Positions 18,506 to 29,126 are shown, numbered from the stretch's first letter. The stretch: DNA of 50,495 nt from a virus (IMGVR_UViG_3300045284_000404:1-50495); one strand, 5' to 3'. The notes: generated by a model from the sequence alone, not told the origin. Program-made: numbers and translations.

Positions 18506-18840
18506 CGACAAGGCTTCCAACACCACCAGTAGCGAATGGTTGGGCAGTTCAGCTAACGCAGGCCCTTGGATCTTGGTTCACTCATCTGACGGAGCGGTTG
18601 GGAACCTTGGAGAATAGGACGACGGATGCAGGAAGAATTCAGCTATGCCCTGTACTTAAACCGAAGATTGGAGAACTTACTTGCGATGGTCAACTTGTCA
18701 GTAGAACGGGACAACCCCAGCTCTTCAGAGCCATTGGAACGACGTTTAACACGGGAGGAGAAGCAGCAACTCAATTCAGGGTCCCAGTCCTTGCTAGCCC
18801 TAAAGCCGGATTGGAGTACAGAATTAGTACCGGTTCCTGA
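18502..18840 (+). CDS. Small tail protein with collar-like domain
   Basis: CDGQLVSRT..PQLFRAIGTTF...FRVP after a short coiled coil. Confidence 0.75.
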   Translation: MTTRLPTPPVANGWAVQLTQALGSWFTHLTERLGTLENRTTDAGRIQLCPVLKPKIGELTCDGQLVSRTGQPQLFRAIGTTFNTGGEAATQFRVPVLASPKAGLEYRISTGS

Positions 18841-19285
18841 GCCAGTGTGGGTTCTGACAGAGGTGAATGATCTTGCCCTTGAAGATTTCGAGATCATCGA
18901 TAAGGCAAGAAAGTCCGCTTGGTACGTGTTGACTCCGGAGGAGTTTGCGGACGACATACTGGCAGGGAAGTACGACATCTGGAGGATAGAGGGAATTCCT
19001 GGGTGTCACTGCATCATTATGACGAACTTCGATAACATGCCGAGGACCAGGTTTATCAATGTGCATTTCATGGCTGGGAAGACTGTGGTCCGGCATAAGA
19101 GGCAACTCCTCGAGGCGCTTGGAAGACTGATGGACAAGTGGGAATGTTCTGGAGCTATCTTCACGGCGGCGAATGAGGCATACGGGAAGAGGTTGGGTGG
19201 CCGAAGGTTGACCACTCTCTATATGTTTGAAAGGGAAGATCTCGATGGGCAGCCCGAAGGAAGTCACGAGCACTACCAAGAGTGA
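18626..19285 (+). CDS. Hypothetical virion-module protein, possible GNAT-like fold (true start probably near 18845)
   Basis: Position before ejection genes, where podoviruses often have an acetyltransferase-like gene; INVHFMAG motif. Confidence 0.55.
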   Translation: MQEEFSYALYLNRRLENLLAMVNLSVERDNPSSSEPLERRLTREEKQQLNSGSQSLLALKPDWSTELVPVPEPVWVLTEVNDLALEDFEIIDKARKSAWYVLTPEEFADDILAGKYDIWRIEGIPGCHCIIMTNFDNMPRTRFINVHFMAGKTVVRHKRQLLEALGRLMDKWECSGAIFTAANEAYGKRLGGRRLTTLYMFEREDLDGQPEGSHEHYQE

Positions 19286-20156
19286 ACCTTGGTCAGGGTC
19301 TAAGCCCTTCTTCACTGACCTCTACAAGAAGGCGGCAGACGCACTCGGCGCGACGAATAAGAGTGTCTATACAGGGGACCTCTGGGCACAGCCGACGGCT
19401 ACGCAGGTCCAGGCGAACCAGCAGCTGAAGGATGCGTCAGGAGGCTGGGGAAAGACAGCGGGTGGGTGGGACTACGGGGCAGGAACCCTGCGTGGGTATG
19501 GAGACACCCTTGTCAAGAACGCCTCGGATACCAGCTGGCTGAATCCTGATACCAATCCCTTCGTGAAGCAGATGACGGATCAGGCCCTCGGAGAGTCCAC
19601 GAGGAACTTCCAAAGGAATGTGCTCCCACAGATGGGAGACGCTGCGATCAAGGGAGGGGCCTACGGAGGTTCCAGACAAGGCATCATGGAGGGCCTTGCG
19701 GCTGGAGAGTTCGGCAGGGAAACGTCCGATGCTGCCACTCGGATCTATGCGGACAACTATCAGAAAGAGCGGGATCGGATGGGGCAGGCACAGCAGTTGG
19801 CAGCGACGAGTGCACCGGGGCTCTACTCCGGTGCAAACTCTCTGGAGCAGCAGAAGATCGCAGGGCAGCAATATGCCATTGATGCGCTTGGAAAAGCCGG
19901 AGCACAGGAGCAGACGTGGAACCAGCAGCAGAACCAAGAGAACCTGGATCGGTACAAGATGCAGCAAAGTTCCGTATGGGCTGGAATCCCAGAGATGCTC
20001 TCGGTCCTTACGGGTGGTGGGTTCCAGTCCAGCACCTCGACTCAGCCAAACCCAAATTACACGAGCCCGATGCAGGGAGCGATGGGTGTCGGGAGTCTGC
20101 TGACAGGGTTGGCTGATGTGTTCCAGCCTAAGGGCGGCTACAAACTCTTTGCTTAG
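19245..20156 (+). CDS. Internal virion / DNA ejection protein (small)
   Basis: TSTTKSEPW, NPFVKQM, GGAYGGSRQGIMEG motifs; Gln-rich; hydrophobic C-terminus. Confidence 0.8.
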   Translation: MGSPKEVTSTTKSEPWSGSKPFFTDLYKKAADALGATNKSVYTGDLWAQPTATQVQANQQLKDASGGWGKTAGGWDYGAGTLRGYGDTLVKNASDTSWLNPDTNPFVKQMTDQALGESTRNFQRNVLPQMGDAAIKGGAYGGSRQGIMEGLAAGEFGRETSDAATRIYADNYQKERDRMGQAQQLAATSAPGLYSGANSLEQQKIAGQQYAIDALGKAGAQEQTWNQQQNQENLDRYKMQQSSVWAGIPEMLSVLTGGGFQSSTSTQPNPNYTSPMQGAMGVGSLLTGLADVFQPKGGYKLFA

Positions 20157-22472
20157 GTGATTATGATGGCCAGTTGGGCTGAGCACCAGAAAAGAATTTT
20201 CGGCGGCGAGAGTGGCGGAGACTACGACGCACTCTTTAGGTACTCGAATAGGCCGGGAGGTCGGTTCGCTGGGACGAAGCTGACCGACATGACCGTGAAC
20301 GAGGCGATTGCATTTGCCAATCCTCGAGGAGAGTATGCTCGGTACGTGGCGGCCAACAACAAGGGGACTGTTGCCTCGCCGATGGGTGCCTATCAAATCG
20401 TCGGGAGCACGCTGGCGAAGGCCAAGGACTGGGCTGGACTCACTGGCGAAGAGAGGATGACGCCAGACATTCAAGACCGGCTTGGGAAGGCAGTTCTAGC
20501 GAACCAGGGAACCGGTGCCTGGAAGGGCTACGGCAAGGGTGGAGGTGGCAAATCAGCCATCTCGAAATCCTCTGATGATGGCTCCGTTCAGGTGGCCTCG
20601 CTTGACTCTGACCCCCTGATGGCGGAAATTGCGCTTCGGGGACAGGAGCTGAATCGGCATGGAGAGCCTAAGAGCAAGCTCGCGAAGACCTCGGAGCTGC
20701 TCGCAGATGATGCCGCACTTATGGGACACTCTGGAAGGCCGATGCCCACAGCACCAAGACTGCAGATCCCGATGCCGACAACGCAGATAGATACTCCGCT
20801 CTTCCATAAGCCTGAACCGGCGTCAATGCAGGTGTCGAGTATATTGCCCTTTGCAGATGCGATGGATCGCTGGGGACAGGAACATCTACCAACTCTTTTC
20901 GGAAAGCCTCAGCAAGGTCCGCCTATTGAGGCTAGGCCACCGCTTCCGAAGCCAGTTATCGTGGACGATCAGGGAGAATATCCGGACGTTCCTGCGCAGG
21001 ACTGGTCTACAGTAAAAGACCCCAGACAGAATTTCTTTGTTCCGGACAAGAATGAACATAATTTTAGCTGGAATGCAATTCTCAATGCCTGGAATCAGGC
21101 AAGCATGGGAGCAGCTCCGCCTATGGAGCTAGGGCAAAAAGCAGGGCAATGGGTAGCGGATAAGTTTCTTAACTACTTCTGGCTGCCAGAAAATGAAGGG
21201 GCGAAGCGAGAAGCAGCTGCCGGTGGAGGCACGGTTCAGGACCAGACGAAAGCTCCAATCCTGACCGATGAACAGCTCTTTGGCGGAGTCAAGGAGAAGC
21301 CAGGATCTGGAGGAAGTGCAACGAGCACCTTCTCGAGCATTGACGCTGGGACTACGTTCATTCCGAAGGAGCCGCCGAAGTTCGATCCGCAGCCGTATCC
21401 GACACCGCCGGAGCCTGGAGACGTTCCGGATAAGCCAATGGTAGCGGATCTGGATTGGGGACCCTATCTGAAGAAGATGGAGGAGTACAGGCCAGAGGAC
21501 CTCGATCGACAGTCGTATATGAAAGAACGACTGCTGGGGAACCTGTCCCGTGCCTTGGCTGCTGGCGCTGGTGGATCTGGCTGGAGCGGTTGGGGTGGAG
21601 CTGTCGCTCGAGCTGGTGGTGGCTTTGGCACCGCGCAGGCGGACACGACGGATCAATGGCTCACGGATGAGCAGCAGAGAGAGGAAGCACAGCGGCAGTG
21701 GGGTCTTGGTCAGATCGACCTCGAGATGAAGCTGGCACAGCGGAGTCAAGACATAAAGAACCAGAATGCTGGCATCGGCTACGAGAACCAGCTGGCAGAC
21801 TACACCCAGCAAGAACAGTACAAGAAGGATGTCTACAACGTAGACGCCAAGAACATCGAGGCCATTAATGCCGCGAATCAGCAGAACGCCAAGGATTACT
21901 ACGACTGGCAGAACACTGTTGGGCAGTTGACGCAGACCACGGTGCAGAATGTCACTGACAAAGAGATCGTCCTGAAGAAGGTGAACCCGGAAGGGAAGAC
22001 CACCTTCGAGGTGCATCGGTTCGATTCTCCATACCAAGACATGCTCTCCAAAGATTATCTCGAGACCCTAAAGAGGGTCGAGGAACAGTTCCCGAACTCA
22101 CCGACGGCCTACCAGCTGAAGTATGCCCCATTTATACAGCAGAAGAACACCTGGGGCATACAGGCAGTGATGGCGGAGGAGATGATCAGGAATGGAGCTG
22201 CAGCACAGCTGTTGCCGAACTTCGAGGATCTGCAAAAGCAAGCGACAGACATCATGACGAAACAGGGGTTCGATGCGTCGATGACAGGATACGCGGACAA
22301 GTTCAGCCAGACCTTGGCCACACTGCTTGCACCGAATCTGAACATCCACGATCCGAACTTCCTCCAGCAGGCGGCAGGGATGAATACAGTTGGAGCGGCC
22401 TTGTTGCTGGGTGGGATAGCACCGCCAGCAGGGGCTCCAGCTGCTCCCTCTCCCAATGCGGGACACCAGTAA
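20157..22472 (+). CDS. Internal virion protein with N-terminal lysozyme-like (lambda R/GH104-like) domain
   Basis: ESGGDYDAL...LTDMTVNE...GAYQIVGSTL...TPDIQDRLG. Confidence 0.8.
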   Translation: MIMMASWAEHQKRIFGGESGGDYDALFRYSNRPGGRFAGTKLTDMTVNEAIAFANPRGEYARYVAANNKGTVASPMGAYQIVGSTLAKAKDWAGLTGEERMTPDIQDRLGKAVLANQGTGAWKGYGKGGGGKSAISKSSDDGSVQVASLDSDPLMAEIALRGQELNRHGEPKSKLAKTSELLADDAALMGHSGRPMPTAPRLQIPMPTTQIDTPLFHKPEPASMQVSSILPFADAMDRWGQEHLPTLFGKPQQGPPIEARPPLPKPVIVDDQGEYPDVPAQDWSTVKDPRQNFFVPDKNEHNFSWNAILNAWNQASMGAAPPMELGQKAGQWVADKFLNYFWLPENEGAKREAAAGGGTVQDQTKAPILTDEQLFGGVKEKPGSGGSATSTFSSIDAGTTFIPKEPPKFDPQPYPTPPEPGDVPDKPMVADLDWGPYLKKMEEYRPEDLDRQSYMKERLLGNLSRALAAGAGGSGWSGWGGAVARAGGGFGTAQADTTDQWLTDEQQREEAQRQWGLGQIDLEMKLAQRSQDIKNQNAGIGYENQLADYTQQEQYKKDVYNVDAKNIEAINAANQQNAKDYYDWQNTVGQLTQTTVQNVTDKEIVLKKVNPEGKTTFEVHRFDSPYQDMLSKDYLETLKRVEEQFPNSPTAYQLKYAPFIQQKNTWGIQAVMAEEMIRNGAAAQLLPNFEDLQKQATDIMTKQGFDASMTGYADKFSQTLATLLAPNLNIHDPNFLQQAAGMNTVGAALLLGGIAPPAGAPAAPSPNAGHQ

Positions 22473-25400
22473 ATGGCGACGACATCTGACAACTATGTCA
22501 ATTACCTAGCCCAGAGTGCAGCTTGGGCCATACCGGAGCTCTTCGGTATTGACGCTCCATCTGCGGTGCAAGAGTGGCGAGCGGACAATCCGGTTGGAGG
22601 CTTCGCGAGTAGCTTTGCCGGGAGTACCGTTCCCTATATCGGGTGGTACAAGTGGGGCAGCCGAGCCCTTAAGATGGAGAAGATACTCGCTGGGCTGGCA
22701 GAGAGCAAGAAGCTTGGCACTGTTGGAGGTATGGCCGCGGCTGAGGCAGTCCGGTTCATGCCCTTGGAGGCAGGACGGATCTTCGGGAACCAGGCATTCG
22801 GATCCCATGGCCTAGGGGAAATGGTCTCGAGTGCTGCTATCAATACGGCGCTGGCTGGTGCAGCAGGCGGTCTTGGTGGCATTGTCAAGACGATGGGGAC
22901 GAGGAAGAAGCTCCCAGAGGAGATCATCCCAGGAGTCAATAGTGTCGATCCTCCGCAGCTGCAACTCCGGGGTATCCAGACAGACTTTGCCACTATTCCA
23001 CCTGCGGACCAACCTGCTGCCTACGGCCGGATGGACAACCTTCGAGTGGCAGTCCGGAGTGAGGATGCTCCCTACGAACACATTGGGGTGATGTCAGGCA
23101 GGGATGGGAATATGCTTCCAGAGCGGAAGCGGGCGGAGCTGAACCGGATCTTCGATACCAGGCGATTGAACAAGGGAGATGTTCGGGCGAGGAAGTTCCT
23201 GGCAGATCCGAAGCACTTCAAAGATGATGTCAGCTGGATGAACAAGCTGGGTGAGTTCGGAGTTGCACCGGGAGGAAAGTTCGAGGATGCAGTGCAGTTT
23301 CCGAGGTTCGTGCAGGGTGTCAATCCGGCAGGACAGCTACGAGCGAGGACTCTGTTCGATGACTATCTGCAGCGGATAGACACAGACACCTACATGGGAA
23401 GAGAGGCTGACGATGGACTCTTCGTGATAGCGAAGAGGAGTCAGAAAGAGCCAGACGATTGGCTCCTCTTTAAGACAGACCAGCCGGACCTCTTCAACCA
23501 AGGAAGTGCTCAGTTCGGAAGCGTGGTAGTAAATGAGAACGCTTGGGCTAGACAGGATCCGAATCTCTACCGGTCTGGCGGAGCCATCGACGATGCCTTC
23601 AATGACCTGCGGCAGAGGATGCCACTGCAGAACTACCGGTTCGGCCTGAAGACCAGCGCGGATGGAATGTCCCTCTCGAAGGCTGGAAGCTGGACCTTCG
23701 ACAAGGCATCAGACCTCATGGGATTCTCGGGGGTCAGGAAGACCCTGGCAGACAGTGAGGCAGTTGCCTCCGTAAAGCGCTTCTTTAACCAGCACTTCAC
23801 ACCGGGGATGTACCAGTTCAAGGGTCGAGTCAGGGCGAACTACATCGATGGGATGATGAGGGCAGGAGTGGACATGGGTAAGGCCCATGCCAATAAGTTG
23901 CTCTACGGAGAGGCCAAGCTCGATCCTGGAAAGGGACTTATCTGGCAGACTCAGACCTATGCCAATAAGAAGGCTGGCGGGGTCATGGACAAGATCCTCT
24001 ACGACTTGAAGGACGAGGAGGTCAAGCAGATCTGGGACGCATGGAGGAACGAGGTCTCGCAGAAGAATCTACCATTGCTGAAGACCCAGGGCAAGCTGAC
24101 CGACAAGGCCTTCGAGGTGGCGAATGAGATGCACACCATTGCGAGGCAGCTGGATCTGGACTCAGTAGCCCAGAAGCACAAGTACGGTGGTGGGGCATTC
24201 CGGCCTCGAGACGATCACATGATGATCGCGAAGCAGTGGAACGGGGATCAGCTCCTGGAGATCCGAGACAAGCGGAACGCTCTAGTGGGTCTGGCATCAG
24301 GAGACTCGGCGAAGCAGGTCGAGAACGAGGCAGCAAGGATTATCAAAGAGGGACCACCAGGAGACGGCTGGCGGACCGGAGCATCATTTCGGTACAGCAG
24401 TGGAGCGAACCTCCCGCCTGACGTGAAAGCGGTTCGGGATCAGGGTATTCCAGGGCACTTCCTCGGTGGAACTCGGGTAAGAGGACACCGGTGGAGCACG
24501 GACGATCAGCCCTGGACACGGAAGGAGATGGCCGAGGAATTTGCCTCAGCTGTCCATGCTCGGGCACAGCAGCAGGTCTCGATGACCCTGGACAATACAA
24601 TGGCCTCGGACATGGACAAGCTCTCCATGGACGACATCGACGCCTTCGGAAACATCGCGACGAGGATGGCGGATCTTCGAGGTGAGCAACGGCCAATGGC
24701 CAAGTGGCTCAATCAGCAAGCGGATACCATTCTTGCGCCGCTGCTGGGTCGGAACTCGGCGAACAAGATCGTCGAGGTCACGAACAAAGCGATGTGGCAC
24801 TTGGAGTTGGGAGGCCTCCGGATAGGGTACACCCTCCTGAATGCGATCACTCCGATCCAGACGGTGCTCCCGCATGTGGCCATGTTGCTGAATGCAGATC
24901 AGGCCATGCTTGGGGACTACTACACTCACTTCGCAGCAATGGGAACCAAGGGTCCAGTGGGGACCGTTGGGTTCCTGAGCCCATGGAAGGTGATGAAAGA
25001 AACCCTCAAGGCGATGAGGAGTCCAGACCAGCAGGAGTTCGAGCTCTACAACTGGGCTATGAACAATGGTGTCATCAGTCCGAGAATTGTGGAGGAGTTC
25101 ATCGGTGGAAATGCCACAGCCATACAGCGCTTGGGCGCAAGTCTCAAGAGTCCTGGAAGTTTCGGAGAGAAGTTCATTCCATTCTTGGGGCAGCTTTCGG
25201 AATTTCTTCCATCTTCCTCTGAAAAGTTCTCCCGTGGGTTCAGTTTTATGGCTGGAATCAAGACGGGACGGCTTATGGGTATCACTGACACCGGAGACCT
25301 TGCACAGTTCGCCAAGCGGTTTACCGAGCGGACGAATTACCTCTACGGGCAGGCAGACAGGGCTGGGATAATGACGGGACCAGTTGGTGGAACCCTGGGC

Positions 25401-26282
25401 CTCTTCAAGAACTGGATGATGCACTACATCGGGAACATGGCGGAGTACGCTGGGGAGGGAATGTACAGGAACAACTGGACTCCGCTCTTGTGGCAGACGG
25501 CGACGACATTCGGGATCGGTGGCTTCGCAGCGACTCCCCTCTATCCGATTGCTCAGACGTTCAATGACTGGGCCTCGGACAAGCCACTCATGGAGAACAT
25601 GTACGAGGCGATGGGCACGGAGGCAGCGGATGACTTCCTCTATGGGCTACCGGCAACCGTGGGATACTCCCTCACCTCCCAAGCGTCCTCCCCGTTCTCG
25701 AACCCGACTCGTGACGCCACGATGTTCTTCTCGATTGTCCACGCTGACCGGATGAAGTACTTCGCGCAGGCTGCTGGAGCTGCGTGGGACAATTGGCAGC
25801 TGACAGGGCAGCATCCAGGAGAGTCAGAGGAAGTCACAAGGGCTCTCAGCAGGGCAGTGCTCCCAAAGGCAATCTACAAGACCATCGACGCGATGATGAA
25901 TGACACAGTGGAGTCGTGGAGCACAGGGTATCCAGTGACGGGGAAGAAAGAGTCTCTGCTGGATCGGAGCATGATGGCGATTGGATTCACCCCTGTGGAT
26001 ATCGAGCGAACCTACGCGGCGACAGACATCCTCTACAAGGACGCCCAATACCGGAGGGCGATGGTAGCAGCAGCTGGGAAAGCATACCTAGAGGCACAAA
26101 AGGCCGGAGACTCTAGGGCGATGTTCGAGGTCATTCAGGGAGCCAAGAACGCAGGGTTGAGTCTGAGCTCGGTCTTCAAGAGTGCCGCTACGAGGAACCG
26201 CTCCGGACGGCAGGACATGATCGATCGGACCTTCTCGCCAATGGCGAAGCAACGGGTCAAGGCGATGCTGTTGGGGGATTGA
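22473..26282 (+). CDS. Large internal virion / ejection protein (1269 aa)
   Basis: Size, position, helical content, TNYLYG...LGLFKNW motif. Confidence 0.8.
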   Translation: MATTSDNYVNYLAQSAAWAIPELFGIDAPSAVQEWRADNPVGGFASSFAGSTVPYIGWYKWGSRALKMEKILAGLAESKKLGTVGGMAAAEAVRFMPLEAGRIFGNQAFGSHGLGEMVSSAAINTALAGAAGGLGGIVKTMGTRKKLPEEIIPGVNSVDPPQLQLRGIQTDFATIPPADQPAAYGRMDNLRVAVRSEDAPYEHIGVMSGRDGNMLPERKRAELNRIFDTRRLNKGDVRARKFLADPKHFKDDVSWMNKLGEFGVAPGGKFEDAVQFPRFVQGVNPAGQLRARTLFDDYLQRIDTDTYMGREADDGLFVIAKRSQKEPDDWLLFKTDQPDLFNQGSAQFGSVVVNENAWARQDPNLYRSGGAIDDAFNDLRQRMPLQNYRFGLKTSADGMSLSKAGSWTFDKASDLMGFSGVRKTLADSEAVASVKRFFNQHFTPGMYQFKGRVRANYIDGMMRAGVDMGKAHANKLLYGEAKLDPGKGLIWQTQTYANKKAGGVMDKILYDLKDEEVKQIWDAWRNEVSQKNLPLLKTQGKLTDKAFEVANEMHTIARQLDLDSVAQKHKYGGGAFRPRDDHMMIAKQWNGDQLLEIRDKRNALVGLASGDSAKQVENEAARIIKEGPPGDGWRTGASFRYSSGANLPPDVKAVRDQGIPGHFLGGTRVRGHRWSTDDQPWTRKEMAEEFASAVHARAQQQVSMTLDNTMASDMDKLSMDDIDAFGNIATRMADLRGEQRPMAKWLNQQADTILAPLLGRNSANKIVEVTNKAMWHLELGGLRIGYTLLNAITPIQTVLPHVAMLLNADQAMLGDYYTHFAAMGTKGPVGTVGFLSPWKVMKETLKAMRSPDQQEFELYNWAMNNGVISPRIVEEFIGGNATAIQRLGASLKSPGSFGEKFIPFLGQLSEFLPSSSEKFSRGFSFMAGIKTGRLMGITDTGDLAQFAKRFTERTNYLYGQADRAGIMTGPVGGTLGLFKNWMMHYIGNMAEYAGEGMYRNNWTPLLWQTATTFGIGGFAATPLYPIAQTFNDWASDKPLMENMYEAMGTEAADDFLYGLPATVGYSLTSQASSPFSNPTRDATMFFSIVHADRMKYFAQAAGAAWDNWQLTGQHPGESEEVTRALSRAVLPKAIYKTIDAMMNDTVESWSTGYPVTGKKESLLDRSMMAIGFTPVDIERTYAATDILYKDAQYRRAMVAAAGKAYLEAQKAGDSRAMFEVIQGAKNAGLSLSSVFKSAATRNRSGRQDMIDRTFSPMAKQRVKAMLLGD

Positions 26283-26288
26283 GTGGGA

Positions 26289-26320
26289 GTGGGACTATTC
26301 ACATAATGTGACCGTGGGAT
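26289..26320 (+). promoter_or_regulatory. Dispersed motif copy 2
   Basis: GTGGGACTATTCACATAATGTGACCGTGGGAT in an intergenic gap. Confidence 0.65.
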
Positions 26321-26347
26321 TTCATTCTGTGATTATGGGAGACGAGG

Positions 26348-26521
26348 ATGCCAAGCAAAACCCTGAAACAGCGCCGGTTCATGTCGGCAGCAGCTCACAA
26401 CCCGGAGTTCGCAGCCAAGGCAGGGATCCCTCAGGAGGTAGCCAAGGAGTTCCACAACAAGGACAAGGGCAAGTATGGCCACAAAGGGAAGCCAGCCCTC
26501 AGCAAGAAGAAGGCGCGTTGA
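26348..26521 (+). CDS. Small basic phage protein (57 aa, not in ORF track)
   Basis: MPSKTLKQRRFMSAAAHNPEFAAKAGIPQEVAKEF... resembles a recurrent phage family (from memory); GGAG RBS. Confidence 0.8.
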   Translation: MPSKTLKQRRFMSAAAHNPEFAAKAGIPQEVAKEFHNKDKGKYGHKGKPALSKKKAR

Positions 26522-26958
26522 AATGGCTCGGTGCGGTCAAAGGGCTTTCTCTAGGCAATGTTTTAGTCATTGCCTTGCTTGCTGTGATCGCCGTTCCTGT
26601 GTATGTCATCTACCGGGCACTTGGCGACGAGAAGATTATGAATCGGCTACTGAGCAGGTATGAGGAACTAGATGCTCGTAAGACTGGTTGTACGCTTCGT
26701 CACGTACAGGAACGTGGGGGACCTGATCTATGGGGTGTCAGTGCTGGCTTTTCTTTTACTGGTACTGACCGTTGGTTCATTAATGTAGTGATGGATCACA
26801 ATCCAAGCGAAGAGGAGATGATAAGTTATTGCGAAGCTCTCAAGCTCATTGCGGATCGGATGCTTGATCGTGGCAATGGTCATCCCGACACAGGCAGAGA
26901 CACCGAAATTCAGCGCGGACCAATGCCGGGTACTGAAACAGACGGGCGTGGATACTAG
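26518..26958 (+). CDS. Single-pass membrane protein, i-spanin-like candidate
   Basis: TTG start overlapping the upstream TGA, N-terminal TM (LGNVLVIALLAVIAVPVYVIY), 2 Cys in the soluble domain. Confidence 0.6.
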   Translation: MKWLGAVKGLSLGNVLVIALLAVIAVPVYVIYRALGDEKIMNRLLSRYEELDARKTGCTLRHVQERGGPDLWGVSAGFSFTGTDRWFINVVMDHNPSEEEMISYCEALKLIADRMLDRGNGHPDTGRDTEIQRGPMPGTETDGRGY

Positions 26959-26989
26959 AGGTATTTGTCCGCAGGCGAAGAAGAAATGA
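26849..26989 (+). CDS. Overlapping secreted Cys-pair peptide (46 aa, not in ORF track)
   Basis: MRIGCLIVAMVIPTQA-ETPKFSADQCRVLKQTGVDTRGICPQAKKK; ATGA overlap with the next gene, whose Cys motif it shares; start uncertain. Confidence 0.6.
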   Translation: MRIGCLIVAMVIPTQAETPKFSADQCRVLKQTGVDTRGICPQAKKK

Positions 26990-27447
26990 GGTCAAGTTGG
27001 ATCCTAGTGGCGATTATACTTACCGGCTGCAAGACCAGCACAGCGACGGTGGAGTTCGATGAATATCAGTGTAGATATCTGCGGCAGCGCGATGTCAACA
27101 CGTCGCAGCTCTGCAAGCGCTCACCTAACAGCAGTGCTGCAAGCAATGAGGGAGCCAGCGGTGTCGATCAGGGATCGAATGCGCCGAGCAAAGCAAGCTC
27201 GCCGGGACCGGCTGGTCCAGCAGGCAATCCAGGTCGGCCAGGCACTCCAACGCCTCCGGGAGGCCCAGGGAGCGGATCGGGTTCGGGCGGTGGTAGACCT
27301 CCTGGCAGCGGAGGCAGCTCTGGCGGAGGCGGTGGCAGTCCTGGAGGCGGAGGCGAAGAAGTGAACGTGGATCCGCCAGATCGTATGGGAGACCACACGA
27401 ACTATCCGAATAGACCCTCGGACTGTTGCGAGCCGAAGAACCCATAA
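26986..27447 (+). CDS. Lipoprotein with Gly/Pro-rich tail, o-spanin-like candidate
   Basis: MRSSWILVAIILTG-C lipobox; additional Cys residues. Confidence 0.7.
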   Translation: MRSSWILVAIILTGCKTSTATVEFDEYQCRYLRQRDVNTSQLCKRSPNSSAASNEGASGVDQGSNAPSKASSPGPAGPAGNPGRPGTPTPPGGPGSGSGSGGGRPPGSGGSSGGGGGSPGGGGEEVNVDPPDRMGDHTNYPNRPSDCCEPKNP

Positions 27448-27459
27448 AGGAGAAAGGAA

Positions 27460-27675
27460 ATGATACTCGCTCTGATTAATCTCATCATCTACCTCATTGT
27501 ACTCGGCCTCCTGTATTGGCTTGTCCTGTATGTAGTCGATGCCATTCCGATCCCTGACCCACCGAACAGGATCATCAAGATCCTCCTGATGGTGATAATG
27601 GTGATCATCGTCATTGTACTGTTGCTTAATCTGCTGGGGAGCGGCACTGGTATCAACCTGCCGAAGCTTGGATGA
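27460..27675 (+). CDS. Two-TM small membrane protein, holin candidate
   Basis: Two hydrophobic segments separated by [12 protein letters not shown]; strong AAGGAG/AAGGA RBS. Confidence 0.7.
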   Translation: MILALINLIIYLIVLGLLYWLVLYVVDAIPIPDPPNRIIKILLMVIMVIIVIVLLLNLLGSGTGINLPKLG

Positions 27676-29126
27676 GTGAAGTCCTCTTTGGGACTGCGTC
27701 TATTGAGAAGGTGGCTGTGGTTACAGCCCCTCTCATGCAGGTCTCTGTGGCCGAGGCGACAGTTCAGCAGGTAGTGTCCTTTGCGTTCGAGAACCAGAGG
27801 ATAATGCTTGGTGACATCGGGGTTCCAGGACCAAGGGGTCCGACAGGACTTCCCGGTCAAGATGGACTCACAGGCCCAAAGGGAGACAAAGGCGACAAGG
27901 GAGATAAGGGCGACACTGGAGCACAAGGTCCGAAGGGTGACGTTGGACCGCAGGGCTCCATCGGTCTTACTGGGCCACAAGGTCCACAGGGACCAAAGGG
28001 TGATAAGGGTGACGAAGGCGATCAGGGTCCAGTAGGTGCTGACTCTACCGTGCCGGGGCCGCAGGGACCACAAGGCGTTCAGGGACCACAAGGTGATCCA
28101 GGAGTACAGGGTGCACAGGGACCCAAGGGTGATCCGGGAGCACTGGGACCACAGGGTCCAAAGGGCGATCAGGGAGACACTGGACCACAGGGTCCACAAG
28201 GTATCAAGGGTGACACCGGAGCGCAAGGTCCACAGGGAACTATAGGACCACAGGGTCCACAGGGACCGCAGGGACCAATCGGTCCGACTGGACCCACTGG
28301 GACTGCCAGCATGATCGTCTCGGATACGCCACCTGCTAGCCCGCTTCCAGGGCAGCAGTGGTTCGAGTCCGACACCGGCAATACTTTCCTCTGGTACACG
28401 GACGCAGACAGCAGTCAGTGGGTGCAACAGTCTAATGCCGGTACACCTGGCTCCAGTGGCGATGCAGGTGTCGTGCAGATGTTCGCCTGTGCAGCGCCAC
28501 CAGCGGGCTGGCTCAAGGCCAATGGTGCATTGGTGAGTCGCACGACGTACTCTAACCTGTTCGCAGCCATTGGTGTTGTCTGGGGCGCAGGAGACGGCTC
28601 TACGACCTTCGCTCTGCCCGATCTCCGTGGTGAGTTCATCCGTGTCTGGGACGACTCCAGAGGCATCGATGCTGGTCGTACCTTCGGCTCAGCACAGGTT
28701 GGGGATCTAGCTCCGCACACTCACACGTTCACCGGCACAGCTCTGGGCACGCACGATCACACTGTGGGCAACAACAGCGCCAACCACACGCACAGCTTCT
28801 CCGATGCGTCGTCGGCGACCGGCACCGCCAGTGCCAACCACAATCACACTATCCCGGTCTACGGCGGACAGAACGCCAACACTGGCCACGTCAATGCTTC
28901 GGGTGATAGCACTCTGATTCATGGTGGTGTCCCAGACGAAGCACAGAGTGGTGCTGCACACACGCACACTGTCGCCGTCTCCGGCACGACAGGAGCGAAC
29001 TCTGTAGCTCACACCCACGACGTTGTTGCGAACAGCGCTGGAACACCGGCAGGTACAATTGGTTCCTTTGGTGGCACGGAGACACGGCCGAGAAACGTGG
29101 CTCTACTTGCCTGCGTTAAATATTGA
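27672..29126 (+). CDS. Collagen-like tail fibre with collar domain and His-rich tip
   Basis: Long Gly-X-Y run, [22 protein letters not shown]...[13 protein letters not shown] repeats, [15 protein letters not shown]. Confidence 0.92.
   Translation: MSEVLFGTASIEKVAVVTAPLMQVSVAEATVQQVVSFAFENQRIMLGDIGVPGPRGPTGLPGQDGLTGPKGDKGDKGDKGDTGAQGPKGDVGPQGSIGLTGPQGPQGPKGDKGDEGDQGPVGADSTVPGPQGPQGVQGPQGDPGVQGAQGPKGDPGALGPQGPKGDQGDTGPQGPQGIKGDTGAQGPQGTIGPQGPQGPQGPIGPTGPTGTASMIVSDTPPASPLPGQQWFESDTGNTFLWYTDADSSQWVQQSNAGTPGSSGDAGVVQMFACAAPPAGWLKANGALVSRTTYSNLFAAIGVVWGAGDGSTTFALPDLRGEFIRVWDDSRGIDAGRTFGSAQVGDLAPHTHTFTGTALGTHDHTVGNNSANHTHSFSDASSATGTASANHNHTIPVYGGQNANTGHVNASGDSTLIHGGVPDEAQSGAAHTHTVAVSGTTGANSVAHTHDVVANSAGTPAGTIGSFGGTETRPRNVALLACVKY
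27822..28302 (+). repeat. Collagen-coding 9-bp periodic repeats
   Basis: GGACCACAG/GGTCCACAA/GGCGACAAG units encoding GPQ, GPK, GDK. Confidence 0.85.

Noticed and set aside
8298-25424. Long antisense ORFs (e.g. 8298..9377, 10717..12000, 19437..20474, 24546..25424)
   Set aside because: Shadows of high-GC codon bias opposite well-supported structural genes, with no motifs or RBS.
26308-26517. Gln-rich N-terminal extension of track ORF 26308..26958
   Set aside because: It starts inside the regulatory motif and shadows the better-supported 57-aa ORF 26348..26521. TTG 26518 gives a coupled start.
27822-28302. 9-bp periodic DNA repeats as a regulatory or structural array
   Set aside because: Fully explained by Gly-X-Y collagen coding.
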